From the NCBI GenBank assembly GCA_020854825.1, contig JAHKLY010000001.1:32001-96000 (forward strand): a DNA stretch of 64,000 bases, given 5' to 3'. The DNA is from Candidatus Micrarchaeota archaeon. Lineage in GTDB: Archaea; Micrarchaeota; Micrarchaeia; Anstonellales; JAHKLY01. A model generated the notes under the pieces. It worked only from the letters and a program-made list of their open reading frames with translations. It ran no database searches and was not told the DNA's origin. Below, in pieces: positions 47,464-57,594 of the stretch (its first letter is position 1; each line of letters starts with the position of its first letter). Both the position numbers and the translations under genes were made by a program.

Positions 47464-49457
47464 TGATGAACAAAAAAGTATTAATCCTATTGATTTTTTG
47501 CGTTGTTCTTATTAGTGGAAATTGGATTGACAATGAATATGCAATAGATCACTTCTCAAATACTACTTCTGAAGGATTATTTATTGATGCAACACAAGGG
47601 GGAATTTTGGAACCTGGATCTGTTATCTCAAACACTTGGTTAAAAAATTGGGTATTAATGGCCATAATTGTAATACTAATATCCTTTGCTTTTGTTGCTT
47701 TGGCTTATATTATATCAAAAACATTTAATATAACTATCTTAAAAGCATGGGCAGATGTTGAACTATCTCAAATTATAGTTTCTGGAATTATGCTGGCTTT
47801 AATAATTGTGGGATTAGGTGTTTTAGATTCTATATCTGAATTATTGATTATAGATATTTTTGAAAATTTAGGAATTGAATGTGTAGAAGGCCAACAAAAA
47901 GCAATTTGTATAGCAAATTTATATTTAGATGATACATTTGATACTACAAATAAAGCTGCAAAAAATTTAATGTCTGAAACTTTAACAATAGGTAGAAGAG
48001 CTGCTTTAAAAGAAGGATGGGCACTTCAAACTTTACCTTACATGTCTTTTTCAGAATCACCAGATGCAAATTTAAGATTAATTGTAGAAAGAAATTCAAT
48101 CCTGATAGACTACTATGGAAATATATTAGCATCATTAAAAGCACAAAAATATTTTTTGAATGCAATAGGTTTTTCGATTGGCCCAATATTTATTGTGCTT
48201 GGATTAATATTTAGGTCCTTCTTTTTAACAAGAAAAATGGGCGGATTATTAATGGCAATAGGAATAGGAGTTATTGTTGTTTTACCATTAACCTATGTTT
48301 TTGCTATGTTTACTCTATCTATTCAAATATATGGTGATGAAATGCTCTCTCCATTAAATGATAATTGTCCTGCTGAATGTCTACAACAATATCCTTTAGG
48401 ATTTAATTCTAGTGATGGCTCATTAATATATTCTCCAAGTATTTTTTCTCCCTATTTACCTACAGGTAGTTCATTTTATGATTTTGAACCCTCAGAAGAA
48501 ATATGGGAAGATATATCATTAAATCATGATATTGTGCTTTGTGATTCTGTTTGTAATGGATGCCCAATAGGATGTAGAGAACTACCTTTAACCGCATCAT
48601 TATGTTTTTGTGATGAAGAAGCATGCAATGATTGTCCAAAAGAATGTAAAGTAATAAGAGAAAGAACAGATTGTTCTGAATCTGATTCAACTTATTATTG
48701 TCCAACAACTTTATGTCCAAATGAATGTAAAATGAATTTGACTCCTACATTAAATAATTGTTGGTCTTCTTCATGTGGTGATTGTCCTGCCGATTGTAGA
48801 TTTGATTATGCTGATGGAACAGATAGAACTACAACTCATCCTCATTGTCCTTCTGAATGTGATAGTTGTATGTGTAATGTAATTATCCCCTCACCATATC
48901 AAATTGATTGTAATTTAGCATGTGGAGATATATATTGGGAAAGGACAACAGAAGGATTACTATCTGACCCTTCAAGTGGATGTCCTGAAGGATGTTTAGG
49001 ATATTTACCAGAAACAACAGATGGAAATGGATGTGAAAGTTGCGCAGATTGTGATGCAGGGTGCAGATTTATTGATTCAGAATTAAGAGATCCAGATTGT
49101 GATTTTTCATGTTGTTACGATTGCCCTACTGAATGTATGATTGATACATTACCTTTGAGCCCATGTCAAGGTTGTTGGGAATGCAGTCCAGATTGTACAA
49201 CATTACCTCAAATAAGAACCGACTGTGCTTCTGTGTGTGGAGAGATTAAAGGTTTTTATGATGTAAGACCTAAAGAATTAATAAATAAAATAGAGGGTGC
49301 AGAAGGAGAAACAAATGCAAAGGCATTAGGTATTTTATTATTCCCTGCATATATTTTACCTTTATTAAGTATAATCTTAACAATTGCATTTATTAGAGGA
49401 TTTTCACAATTCCTTGGTGGTGATTATGAAATACCTGGATTGGCAAAACTTATCTAA
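47463..49457 (+). CDS. Polytopic membrane protein, paralog 3, with large Cys-rich (CPxxC repeat) insert
   Basis: LKAWADVE; LGLIFRSFFLTRKMGGLLMA; about ten CPxxC-type motifs; C-terminal SQFLGGDYEIPGLAKLI. Confidence 0.72.
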   Translation: MMNKKVLILLIFCVVLISGNWIDNEYAIDHFSNTTSEGLFIDATQGGILEPGSVISNTWLKNWVLMAIIVILISFAFVALAYIISKTFNITILKAWADVELSQIIVSGIMLALIIVGLGVLDSISELLIIDIFENLGIECVEGQQKAICIANLYLDDTFDTTNKAAKNLMSETLTIGRRAALKEGWALQTLPYMSFSESPDANLRLIVERNSILIDYYGNILASLKAQKYFLNAIGFSIGPIFIVLGLIFRSFFLTRKMGGLLMAIGIGVIVVLPLTYVFAMFTLSIQIYGDEMLSPLNDNCPAECLQQYPLGFNSSDGSLIYSPSIFSPYLPTGSSFYDFEPSEEIWEDISLNHDIVLCDSVCNGCPIGCRELPLTASLCFCDEEACNDCPKECKVIRERTDCSESDSTYYCPTTLCPNECKMNLTPTLNNCWSSSCGDCPADCRFDYADGTDRTTTHPHCPSECDSCMCNVIIPSPYQIDCNLACGDIYWERTTEGLLSDPSSGCPEGCLGYLPETTDGNGCESCADCDAGCRFIDSELRDPDCDFSCCYDCPTECMIDTLPLSPCQGCWECSPDCTTLPQIRTDCASVCGEIKGFYDVRPKELINKIEGAEGETNAKALGILLFPAYILPLLSIILTIAFIRGFSQFLGGDYEIPGLAKLI

Positions 49458-50511
49458 ATTAAGTGTATTTACACTTTTACTATGCTTTTCTTTAGCACAT
49501 GCAGAATTTTTAGATACTCCTTCTGCAGAATTAGCATCTTGGCAAACTATGGTTTTTATTGCTGTGAGTGTCTCATTTTCAATTGTTATATTTGGTTATA
49601 TTATTGCATCTATTTTACAAAATCAACATTACACTTCTGTATTCAAAGATGAATTAATACAAGTAATATTTACTGGAATAGGCATAGCTGTTTTATTATT
49701 TATTATTGGAGTTTTTGAAATAAGTTTAATGCCGATACTAAACGAAAAACTTGGAGGAGAAGAATTAACTTTACATGCATCAGCACAGACTGCATTAGAT
49801 AAAAAACTAAACAGAGCAGAAGAAAGGTTTGAAGGAATAATTTTATATACAAATAAACTTGCAGAACAAGGTTCAAAATATGCATCATGTAGTTTCTGGA
49901 GTGTTGGATTTTATATTGGAGGATGTTCTGGCTTAAATGTTGCATTGGGTCCAATAACTACTGGTTTATCTACACTTGCAATTGGAATAACTGATTTATA
50001 TTCTTTGAATTTATTGAATCAAATTGGAATAATATTATACACTTTTCTTTTACCTCTTGGAATATTTTTTAGGACCTTCCATTTAACAAGGCAGTTTGGC
50101 GGATTTTTAATTGCTGTTGCATTAGCATTTGGAATTGTTTTCCCAGTATCAGTATTATTTTTAGAAACAATATCTCAAGATTTCCATAATAATGTTTTAG
50201 GGATAACAAGAGATCCAGAACATATTACCTATATAATAGATGACAGTGATGTTGAAAGATGCAATGAATTTAATCCTAGTTTTTCAGAACATATCAGACC
50301 TAATTTGGGATTAGGGGATGGAACTACACACGGAACAAGAAAAGGGATTCTAAATGAAACAACTTTAGATATATTAGCAGCAGAAATAATTGTTGATATA
50401 ATTTTATTTACCTTAATACTAATTATAATGCTCCTTACCTTTATAACAGCAACTGTTTCATTCTTTGGTGGAACTGTTGATTTAATGTATTTAACAAGAT
50501 TGTCGGTGTAA
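49426..50511 (+). CDS. Polytopic membrane protein, paralog 4
   Basis: ATG 49426 after GGTGGTGA; SVFKDELIQ; LPLGIFFRTFHLTRQFGGFLIA; C-terminal FFGGTVDLMYLTRL. Confidence 0.7.
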   Translation: MKYLDWQNLSKLSVFTLLLCFSLAHAEFLDTPSAELASWQTMVFIAVSVSFSIVIFGYIIASILQNQHYTSVFKDELIQVIFTGIGIAVLLFIIGVFEISLMPILNEKLGGEELTLHASAQTALDKKLNRAEERFEGIILYTNKLAEQGSKYASCSFWSVGFYIGGCSGLNVALGPITTGLSTLAIGITDLYSLNLLNQIGIILYTFLLPLGIFFRTFHLTRQFGGFLIAVALAFGIVFPVSVLFLETISQDFHNNVLGITRDPEHITYIIDDSDVERCNEFNPSFSEHIRPNLGLGDGTTHGTRKGILNETTLDILAAEIIVDIILFTLILIIMLLTFITATVSFFGGTVDLMYLTRLSV

Positions 50512-50514
50512 TGA

Positions 50515-51603
50515 ATGAATCATAAAATATTTTTTACATTGTTTGTTTTGCTTTTTTCTAACTTAAGTGCGAGCTGTGGATTTGTTTGCGACATAGTAGT
50601 AGATGAATTTCTACTGCCTACTTTTGTTGCTGTGTTTTTAACATTAGGATTTATTTCAATAATTTATATGATAGGTAAAATCACTGAAAATCCTAGATTA
50701 AATGTTTGGGCACAGGCAGAATTAGGACAAGCAATATTAACCGTAATAATAGCAGTATTTATATTAGGAGGGATTACCTGGTTTTGCACAGAAGGTTCTG
50801 GTGTTGCTATATCTGCAGGAATGTATTCTGGAGGAAGTCCATATTCTGGGAATATGTATGATATTTCTTGCAGTTATTTATCAAATATAGCAGAATACTC
50901 TAATGATGTAATGTCACTAATAAGATATAATATAGCAGTAGGAAATATTAGGGCTTCATTAAATGAATTTGGTTGTAAAGGGGATGAATTGCATGTAAAC
51001 CCATATGGGTGTGCAATGGCATTTTTAGGAGGTCCTGCTACAAGTTGGAACGCGCATGCAAGTAATTATAATTATGTTTCTTTATTTAACACTTCATTAA
51101 ACATTGCAACAATCTGTTTTTTCAATTCATTATTCCTATTATATTTATTACAATATATTAGTTCTGGATTTTTATATATTCTTTTACCTGCAGGCATAAT
51201 AATTAGAGCAATTCCTTTCTTAAGAGGCTTAGGTGGTGCTTTAATTGCAATTATTGTGGGTTTATTTTTATTTTTACCTTTTATGCTTACAATAGAAGCT
51301 ATGATTTGGGGACCAATTATGCAAAATTGGCATAGTAGTATGATCTTTCCAGATGAAAGAGATATTCAAAATGACATTTGGCCTGTTTCATTAGAAGGAA
51401 TCGTAGATATTATGGATTGGAATACAGTTGATGATTTTTCACATAATAATTTAATAGATATTTTTAAATCTACAACCCATATATTTTTAGCAGGGGTATT
51501 TTTACCATACCTTGGATTTATAGGAGTAGTTTTAGTAACGAAAGATTTTTCAAAATTACTCGGAGAAGAAGTTGATATCTCAAAATTAACGCAGTTGATA
51601 TAA
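50515..51603 (+). CDS. Polytopic membrane protein, paralog 5
   Basis: LNVWAQAELGQ; LPAGIIIRAIPFLRGLGGALIA; C-terminal SKLLGEEVDISKLTQLI. Confidence 0.7.
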   Translation: MNHKIFFTLFVLLFSNLSASCGFVCDIVVDEFLLPTFVAVFLTLGFISIIYMIGKITENPRLNVWAQAELGQAILTVIIAVFILGGITWFCTEGSGVAISAGMYSGGSPYSGNMYDISCSYLSNIAEYSNDVMSLIRYNIAVGNIRASLNEFGCKGDELHVNPYGCAMAFLGGPATSWNAHASNYNYVSLFNTSLNIATICFFNSLFLLYLLQYISSGFLYILLPAGIIIRAIPFLRGLGGALIAIIVGLFLFLPFMLTIEAMIWGPIMQNWHSSMIFPDERDIQNDIWPVSLEGIVDIMDWNTVDDFSHNNLIDIFKSTTHIFLAGVFLPYLGFIGVVLVTKDFSKLLGEEVDISKLTQLI

Positions 51604-52671
51604 ATGAAAAAAATTAATTTAATCTTTGCATTGGTTTTCGTGCTTATGTTTACAATTAATGCAGGTGATATTTATGATGCAGATAATATAGAACTACTAA
51701 AAAGTAGATGGGTTGATTTGAGATGGATGATGTATGGAATTATAGCTGTAGTTTTATGTGCAGGAATCGCAGGAATTGTCTATAGTTTTGGATATATACT
51801 TGATGCTAGAAATTTAAAAGCATGGGCAATTAGCGAGGGATTGAATGCTGTTGCTTCTGCAATAATGATTATACTATTAATTCTACTACTCCAACAAGCA
51901 TTTTCATTTATAACAGATGACCTATTAACTACTAATACTGTAACTTGTGCTGGTGGGGATTATCCAGCTTCAGAACCAATTAATTTTGCAAAATGCAGAG
52001 TTGAAGAACAAATCATAGTGTTGGATGACTTATATGATCAAATATATGTAACAAATACAGTTTGGGAAAAACAAGCATCTAGGTGTTTTTCTTTTATGGG
52101 CTATACAGTTTGGTGTGGTGATTGGTACGGAAATACAAGAAAACAAATCGAATCTGGATATATGTTAACAAATAAAATTATTCCTTTAACTGTTGGATTG
52201 CATTCAGTTTATGTAATGCTCGAATATATTTCTGCAAATATGTTGATAGTATTTTTACCTTTGGGTATTTTACTTAGAACTTTTCCAATAACAAGAGGAG
52301 TTGGGGGATTACTAATTGCTTTAGCAATAGGTGCATATTTTATATTTCCTGTTTTATATATCATGTTAGATCCTTCATTTACTACACGCCCTGCAGGAGT
52401 AGATCCTCCATTTTTAGATAATGCATATGGATGTTACCCTGGATTTAAAGGAGGAGTTTCTTTAGCAAATATAGTAAATAGCCAAGAAACATACGAATAT
52501 ACTATTTTTAGTTATCAAAGAATTGGAGATATACTAGTAGAAATAACTATACGTTCGATTTATTATCCTTTTGTTGCATTTTCTGCAACTGTAATATTAA
52601 TTATGGCAATGACACCAATATTAGGTGGAGATACTGGAGATATGATAAGATTAATTTCAAAATCAGTTTAG
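51604..52671 (+). CDS. Polytopic membrane protein, paralog 6
   Basis: LKAWAISE; LPLGILLRTFPITRGVGGLLIA; C-terminal PILGGDTGDMIRLI. Confidence 0.7.
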   Translation: MKKINLIFALVFVLMFTINAGDIYDADNIELLKSRWVDLRWMMYGIIAVVLCAGIAGIVYSFGYILDARNLKAWAISEGLNAVASAIMIILLILLLQQAFSFITDDLLTTNTVTCAGGDYPASEPINFAKCRVEEQIIVLDDLYDQIYVTNTVWEKQASRCFSFMGYTVWCGDWYGNTRKQIESGYMLTNKIIPLTVGLHSVYVMLEYISANMLIVFLPLGILLRTFPITRGVGGLLIALAIGAYFIFPVLYIMLDPSFTTRPAGVDPPFLDNAYGCYPGFKGGVSLANIVNSQETYEYTIFSYQRIGDILVEITIRSIYYPFVAFSATVILIMAMTPILGGDTGDMIRLISKSV

Positions 52672-55600
52672 GTGAAAAATATGAAAAAAGAAATAATTTT
52701 AGTTTTAATGATGTTTTTAATTTTCTTTGGTTGCACTAAATATGAAAATGAATACATCTCCTGTTGTAATGCGCCTTTAAATTATTCATTATCAAATATG
52801 AGTAATTGCACTTTACCTGATGGAACAATAGTTGAAATAGAGTGTGATGTGATTATAGAAGATGGAGAAGTCATTGGAGGGAGCTGTTATTATGAAGAAG
52901 ATCCTTTAATAAGTAGAGAGCCACTAATTATAAATTTTCCAATATGTACTCATGCAGAATTTAATCCCTGTATTAATGAAAACTGCGTTGCAATGGTATG
53001 TGGCAAAAGCTCTTACTTACCTACATTATATCCATCTGTTTGTGAGATAACAGATGACCATAGTTCAGTAATATCAAACCAATTAAATAGAAATGAAAAA
53101 CAGTTCCAACAAGAATTATACAAAACATTTTGTGATTTTAAAATATTAAATGATAAAACTGCAAATGAAATAAAATCTTCGAACGGAGAACAATGGATAA
53201 ACTCATTTAGATTTGGTATAGGAACAACATTTTCTGAATTTGAGGAAGCAAGATACTATTTTCCTGTTTATGATAAATTAACATATTTAAATCCAAGTGG
53301 GACTAAAGACAGGTTTATGAATTATTTGGTTCCTGAAGGTGCAACTTGTAGTTATGTGCCTGAAACTGGGTGGCAATGTCAAAAACCAAGTGGAAGTACT
53401 TTAACCTTTTCAACTGGAAGTTTTGAAGAATCTCAATATGAATGTGAACAAGCTTGTGGAGAAGCATGGGAGTATTCACTATTTACAAGATGTGAATATA
53501 CAACAAATGCATGGATATGTACAGACTTTGAAGGAACATCAACTGCTTTTAAAATCTCTTATTTTCCAGATAATTATACAACAAGAAGAGCATGCGAATT
53601 ATTTTGTGACTATGCATGGGGAGCATCACCAACTGAATGTACAACAACAGAAAATCATCCTATTTTTATGAATAATAGAGGATCATATTATCTAGATGTT
53701 GAACCACTAAGAGTAACTCAAAATGAAGTAACTTATGTTATGGATACTATTTATGGATTGAATAGATCTTTTTATGCTGAAATGTTAAACTCTGTTTGGA
53801 ATTATCAAAAATGGACTGGATATACTGATGCAGACGGAATTCACCATTCAGGCATGATTTTTGAATGTACAAGTAATACAGAATGTTTATCTGGATTATG
53901 TACAAATGACTGGGGTTATTCAAGATACACCTGTATTGATGACGTTTCTGAAAATAGAGATATTATGTGCTATTGTAGTAAACTAGACAATGGAATTATT
54001 GTATGTTACACTGGAGAATCTACAATAGGCACCTCAAAAATAACTGGGTGTAAAGGGGAAGGGACTATTAAATTTACTAATAATGCGACAGAAGCATGTC
54101 AAAGAGGATTATTGGATGAAGAATATTGTACTGGTTGTTATGGAACACTTATACGTGGAAGGGCAAGATTTACAGAAGAAGAAATAATAACTCCTGTTTT
54201 TGAAATAACAAACCAAAATTATTTGAATCCTTTTGTATATCTAGCAGATGAAAATTATGATTATGCTAGATTTGATATTCCTGAAGGATGTTCAACTACT
54301 GGAGAAGTTCAGTGTAATGATATGTTAGGAGGGATTTGTCAATACTGTAGCCCCCATACAACAGATTGGGCAGTATGTGATCCTATAACTTCTTGCATAA
54401 ATGATGAAGATTGTAGAGTTGAAGGTTGCGGAACTTACGAATTTCATTGTTTTGATGGGGTTGATAATGATTTTGATGGAAAAATAGACTTTGAAGATTG
54501 GGATTGTTGGTTAAGCAATCAAAGAGAAATGTGTTCTGATGGTTTAGATAATGAAAAAATAAGTGATGGGGTTTTAGGTTCAAATGGAAAAATAGATTGT
54601 TGTGATGAAGTTTGTTGGGAAGGACTACATGAAGGAATACACCCTTGTTATAATAGATTTGAATATTTTGATTTTTCAGAAATTAATTGTGGAATAGAAC
54701 AAAGTGCGCCTTCTTACATTAGATTTAAACCAGATTCATTAAGTGGAATAGAAGATACCTATTTAAATGGATACTATGGAATAGAAGACGAATATATTTA
54801 TGTTAATCCAGAATACATTGACAATCTATATTTTGCAAATGAAGATAGGTGTGATGTTACTTTTGAATTACAAACAGTACAGTGTTTTGATGAATGGATT
54901 GATTCATATAGAACAGGAAATTGGAATATTGTTAAAAACTGTTTAGGAGAAAATTCTGGAGCTTGGCATACTTGGTATAATTTACCTCAGCACAATACTG
55001 AAGAGGATAGAACAAACTTTAAAGTTCCATTTAGATACAAAATTATAGACTGGGGAAATTGCGAAGAAAATTATGAAACAAGCGCTAATTTAAATATAAT
55101 GCCAAAATTAAGAGAATATGGATGGTGTGAACCTTCAACAATGGTTACAATGGCTGTTCAAGAAATAAGAGTTTCAGATACTTATACTGATTACTGCCCA
55201 GAAGAATGTGAATTTTATGCTGGGAGCTTATTATCAAGTGAGAATGATTATTGTAAATGTAATGGAAAACCAATAATGTATGAAACAGGAAAAACAGAAC
55301 CAAGTGTAAAATATTTATATGATAAAAAAATAGAATTACAAAAATTAAATGTGGTTCCAATTTTAATTGCAACAGATAATAATTTATATAGTGAAAGAGA
55401 GATTAATAAAAAATGTGCTGAAATATCAGGTGGGATATGCTTCAATCCAGAATATCCTAATTTAATTGGAACTTTTTGCTATAAAGAAGGATATAATCCA
55501 ACTAATTGTGAAGAAGTGATTGGATTGTATAAATACACCTCTACTAATGAAAGTGTATTTTCAACTTATTTAGTTCCTTATTTAAAAACGATGCCAACTG

Positions 55601-57594
55601 AAGAGGATCCTGTGGAATATGGAGGGTATAAAATATTAGGAACAGGAACAGAAATTATTGTAATTGGCGAATTAGAAGGTTCAGATATTAGTGTTCACGA
55701 AGATTTCACAAAAAGAGCAAGAGCAATAAAAAGAGAGTGTCCAAATTGTTTAGTAGCAATTCACATAAAAGGTGAAATGGGTGCAACCATGAGCGAACAC
55801 TTAATAAATAATCTTGATGCCTTTTTTGGTTATGATGCTGATAATCTAGTAAACCCAAAACAAGATATGAATAAAGAACGATTAAATTTAATAGATATAC
55901 TAGCATTAGATTTTCATCCAGATGTATATATTTCATCTAGATTTTATAGTGCTGATGAACAAGGAATACAGAATATAGTTGAAACAAAAACCAATTTTAC
56001 ACGTCAATTATTAGCACGTTATGAAAAACCAAGTTTAATTTTAGATTTTAAAATAAAAACAAGAGCAGGAGCAGAAGAAACAAATATAAAAATTTTAAAT
56101 ACTGCATATAGGAGTGATATAGGAGGAATAAAAGGTGCATCATATAGTGGATCAGATGGACATCCTTCATGGAGAACAAACTATACATGTGATGAGAGCG
56201 ATGCAGTTTTCTGTGCAAGTGCTTGGTATGAAGATGAAGAAGGAAATTTGAGAAGTACTGGATGTGTTGAAGTTGGACATGAATATTATGCCGGTTTGAG
56301 TTGGAATACAGATTACTCAGACTGGATGCCTTGGGAAATTGGATGGACTGATGGAGAAGGAACTGGAACTGGATGGCAATGTGGACCTGCACCAAGTATT
56401 GCTTTACCTACAGCGGGAGAAATACACTTTACTGGATGTGATTTTAATCAATGTGTAGTTTACAGAGTAGATAGAAGAGTTGAATTACCAACTAAAGATT
56501 TTATTAATTCAGCAAAAATAACTCAAATATGCAAAGATGATTGTACAGCACTAATGATAAATGGAAATGTTGTTTATAATGAAGGGGGAATCTGTGATGG
56601 AGGTTCTGGTTGTATAAGTGCAAATCTAGATATTAAAGACTATTTAAAGGAGTGTGGAGAAAGCACATGTATTAATACATTTTCAATTTTTGTAATGGAT
56701 TACAAATCTAATCAGGTTGGTGCGAGATACAAATTAGAATATACAACAACAGATTATGATGATGATTTTTATGGGGATGAATGGGCAAATGAAGAATTCT
56801 TAAATACCTTTTATGAATATTTATTTAGTAATCAAGATGACTTAGTTAATGCAGGAATTATAGGTATTGTCTATTCTGAATGGCGCGATAAAGGCGATGG
56901 TACAGGATTAATTTTAGGGGAAGATGGAAAAACAGAAAATTTCTGTACATTACAAGAAAACTCAAAAGAATTAATAGGAATTGACAGTTATGTTGGATAT
57001 TCAAAGGTTTATGCATGGGAAGGAACTGAATGTGAATGTGTTGAATGTACAACACAAGATATAGACCTTGGATTATGCGGCGAAGGAACAAATGCACACA
57101 TTTGTTCTGATGGAAAACCATGTAGTGATGGAACATTAGAAGATTCAGATAATGTAAAATGTATGCCTATGTGTGCAAGAGTACAACAAACATTCGAAAC
57201 ATATGAAGGAACTGCAGTTGATTGGACACAAGGATGTATATTGTGTAATGAAACAACAGGAACTTATAATTGCAATATATATTATTCAGATGGAACAATT
57301 GATGAAGCAGGACCAAACGGAAGGATAAAAGACCTAACAATATGGGATGCAGATATAATAAGCTCACTACCTAATGGATATAAATGTTGCATGATAGATG
57401 ATTTAAGCGGAAATTTATTTACATATGATAAAACAAGTTATTCACAATTAAATAATGAATTAATAATTTATCCACGAGATGGAGATCCTGGACAAGACTG
57501 CGGAAAAATAGATAAAACAGAAAACATAAACACATGTCCTGGCTCACCAAATATGCCGAGGAGAAGAGGTGAATTAGTTTGTTATGTAAGTTAA
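52672..57594 (+). CDS. Giant Cys-rich surface lipoprotein with Ca/metal-binding motifs and a dispersed glycoside-hydrolase-like barrel
   Basis: Lipobox-like IFFGC (likely ATG 52681); very Cys-rich; CFDGVDNDFDGKIDFEDWDC; barrel-like segments VVPILI, IIVIGE, AIKRECPNCLVAI, IDILALDFHP, YEKPSLILDF, GIIGIVYSEW. Confidence 0.75.
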   Translation: MKNMKKEIILVLMMFLIFFGCTKYENEYISCCNAPLNYSLSNMSNCTLPDGTIVEIECDVIIEDGEVIGGSCYYEEDPLISREPLIINFPICTHAEFNPCINENCVAMVCGKSSYLPTLYPSVCEITDDHSSVISNQLNRNEKQFQQELYKTFCDFKILNDKTANEIKSSNGEQWINSFRFGIGTTFSEFEEARYYFPVYDKLTYLNPSGTKDRFMNYLVPEGATCSYVPETGWQCQKPSGSTLTFSTGSFEESQYECEQACGEAWEYSLFTRCEYTTNAWICTDFEGTSTAFKISYFPDNYTTRRACELFCDYAWGASPTECTTTENHPIFMNNRGSYYLDVEPLRVTQNEVTYVMDTIYGLNRSFYAEMLNSVWNYQKWTGYTDADGIHHSGMIFECTSNTECLSGLCTNDWGYSRYTCIDDVSENRDIMCYCSKLDNGIIVCYTGESTIGTSKITGCKGEGTIKFTNNATEACQRGLLDEEYCTGCYGTLIRGRARFTEEEIITPVFEITNQNYLNPFVYLADENYDYARFDIPEGCSTTGEVQCNDMLGGICQYCSPHTTDWAVCDPITSCINDEDCRVEGCGTYEFHCFDGVDNDFDGKIDFEDWDCWLSNQREMCSDGLDNEKISDGVLGSNGKIDCCDEVCWEGLHEGIHPCYNRFEYFDFSEINCGIEQSAPSYIRFKPDSLSGIEDTYLNGYYGIEDEYIYVNPEYIDNLYFANEDRCDVTFELQTVQCFDEWIDSYRTGNWNIVKNCLGENSGAWHTWYNLPQHNTEEDRTNFKVPFRYKIIDWGNCEENYETSANLNIMPKLREYGWCEPSTMVTMAVQEIRVSDTYTDYCPEECEFYAGSLLSSENDYCKCNGKPIMYETGKTEPSVKYLYDKKIELQKLNVVPILIATDNNLYSEREINKKCAEISGGICFNPEYPNLIGTFCYKEGYNPTNCEEVIGLYKYTSTNESVFSTYLVPYLKTMPTEEDPVEYGGYKILGTGTEIIVIGELEGSDISVHEDFTKRARAIKRECPNCLVAIHIKGEMGATMSEHLINNLDAFFGYDADNLVNPKQDMNKERLNLIDILALDFHPDVYISSRFYSADEQGIQNIVETKTNFTRQLLARYEKPSLILDFKIKTRAGAEETNIKILNTAYRSDIGGIKGASYSGSDGHPSWRTNYTCDESDAVFCASAWYEDEEGNLRSTGCVEVGHEYYAGLSWNTDYSDWMPWEIGWTDGEGTGTGWQCGPAPSIALPTAGEIHFTGCDFNQCVVYRVDRRVELPTKDFINSAKITQICKDDCTALMINGNVVYNEGGICDGGSGCISANLDIKDYLKECGESTCINTFSIFVMDYKSNQVGARYKLEYTTTDYDDDFYGDEWANEEFLNTFYEYLFSNQDDLVNAGIIGIVYSEWRDKGDGTGLILGEDGKTENFCTLQENSKELIGIDSYVGYSKVYAWEGTECECVECTTQDIDLGLCGEGTNAHICSDGKPCSDGTLEDSDNVKCMPMCARVQQTFETYEGTAVDWTQGCILCNETTGTYNCNIYYSDGTIDEAGPNGRIKDLTIWDADIISSLPNGYKCCMIDDLSGNLFTYDKTSYSQLNNELIIYPRDGDPGQDCGKIDKTENINTCPGSPNMPRRRGELVCYVS

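Noticed and set aside
50515-57594. Three consecutive ORFs in one frame separated by single stops (TAA-ATG, TAG-GTG), suggesting read-through or recoding
   Set aside because: Each downstream ORF has its own signal peptide and start, and each upstream paralog ends at the family C-terminal motif. TAA, TAG and TGA all act as normal stops in conserved genes here.
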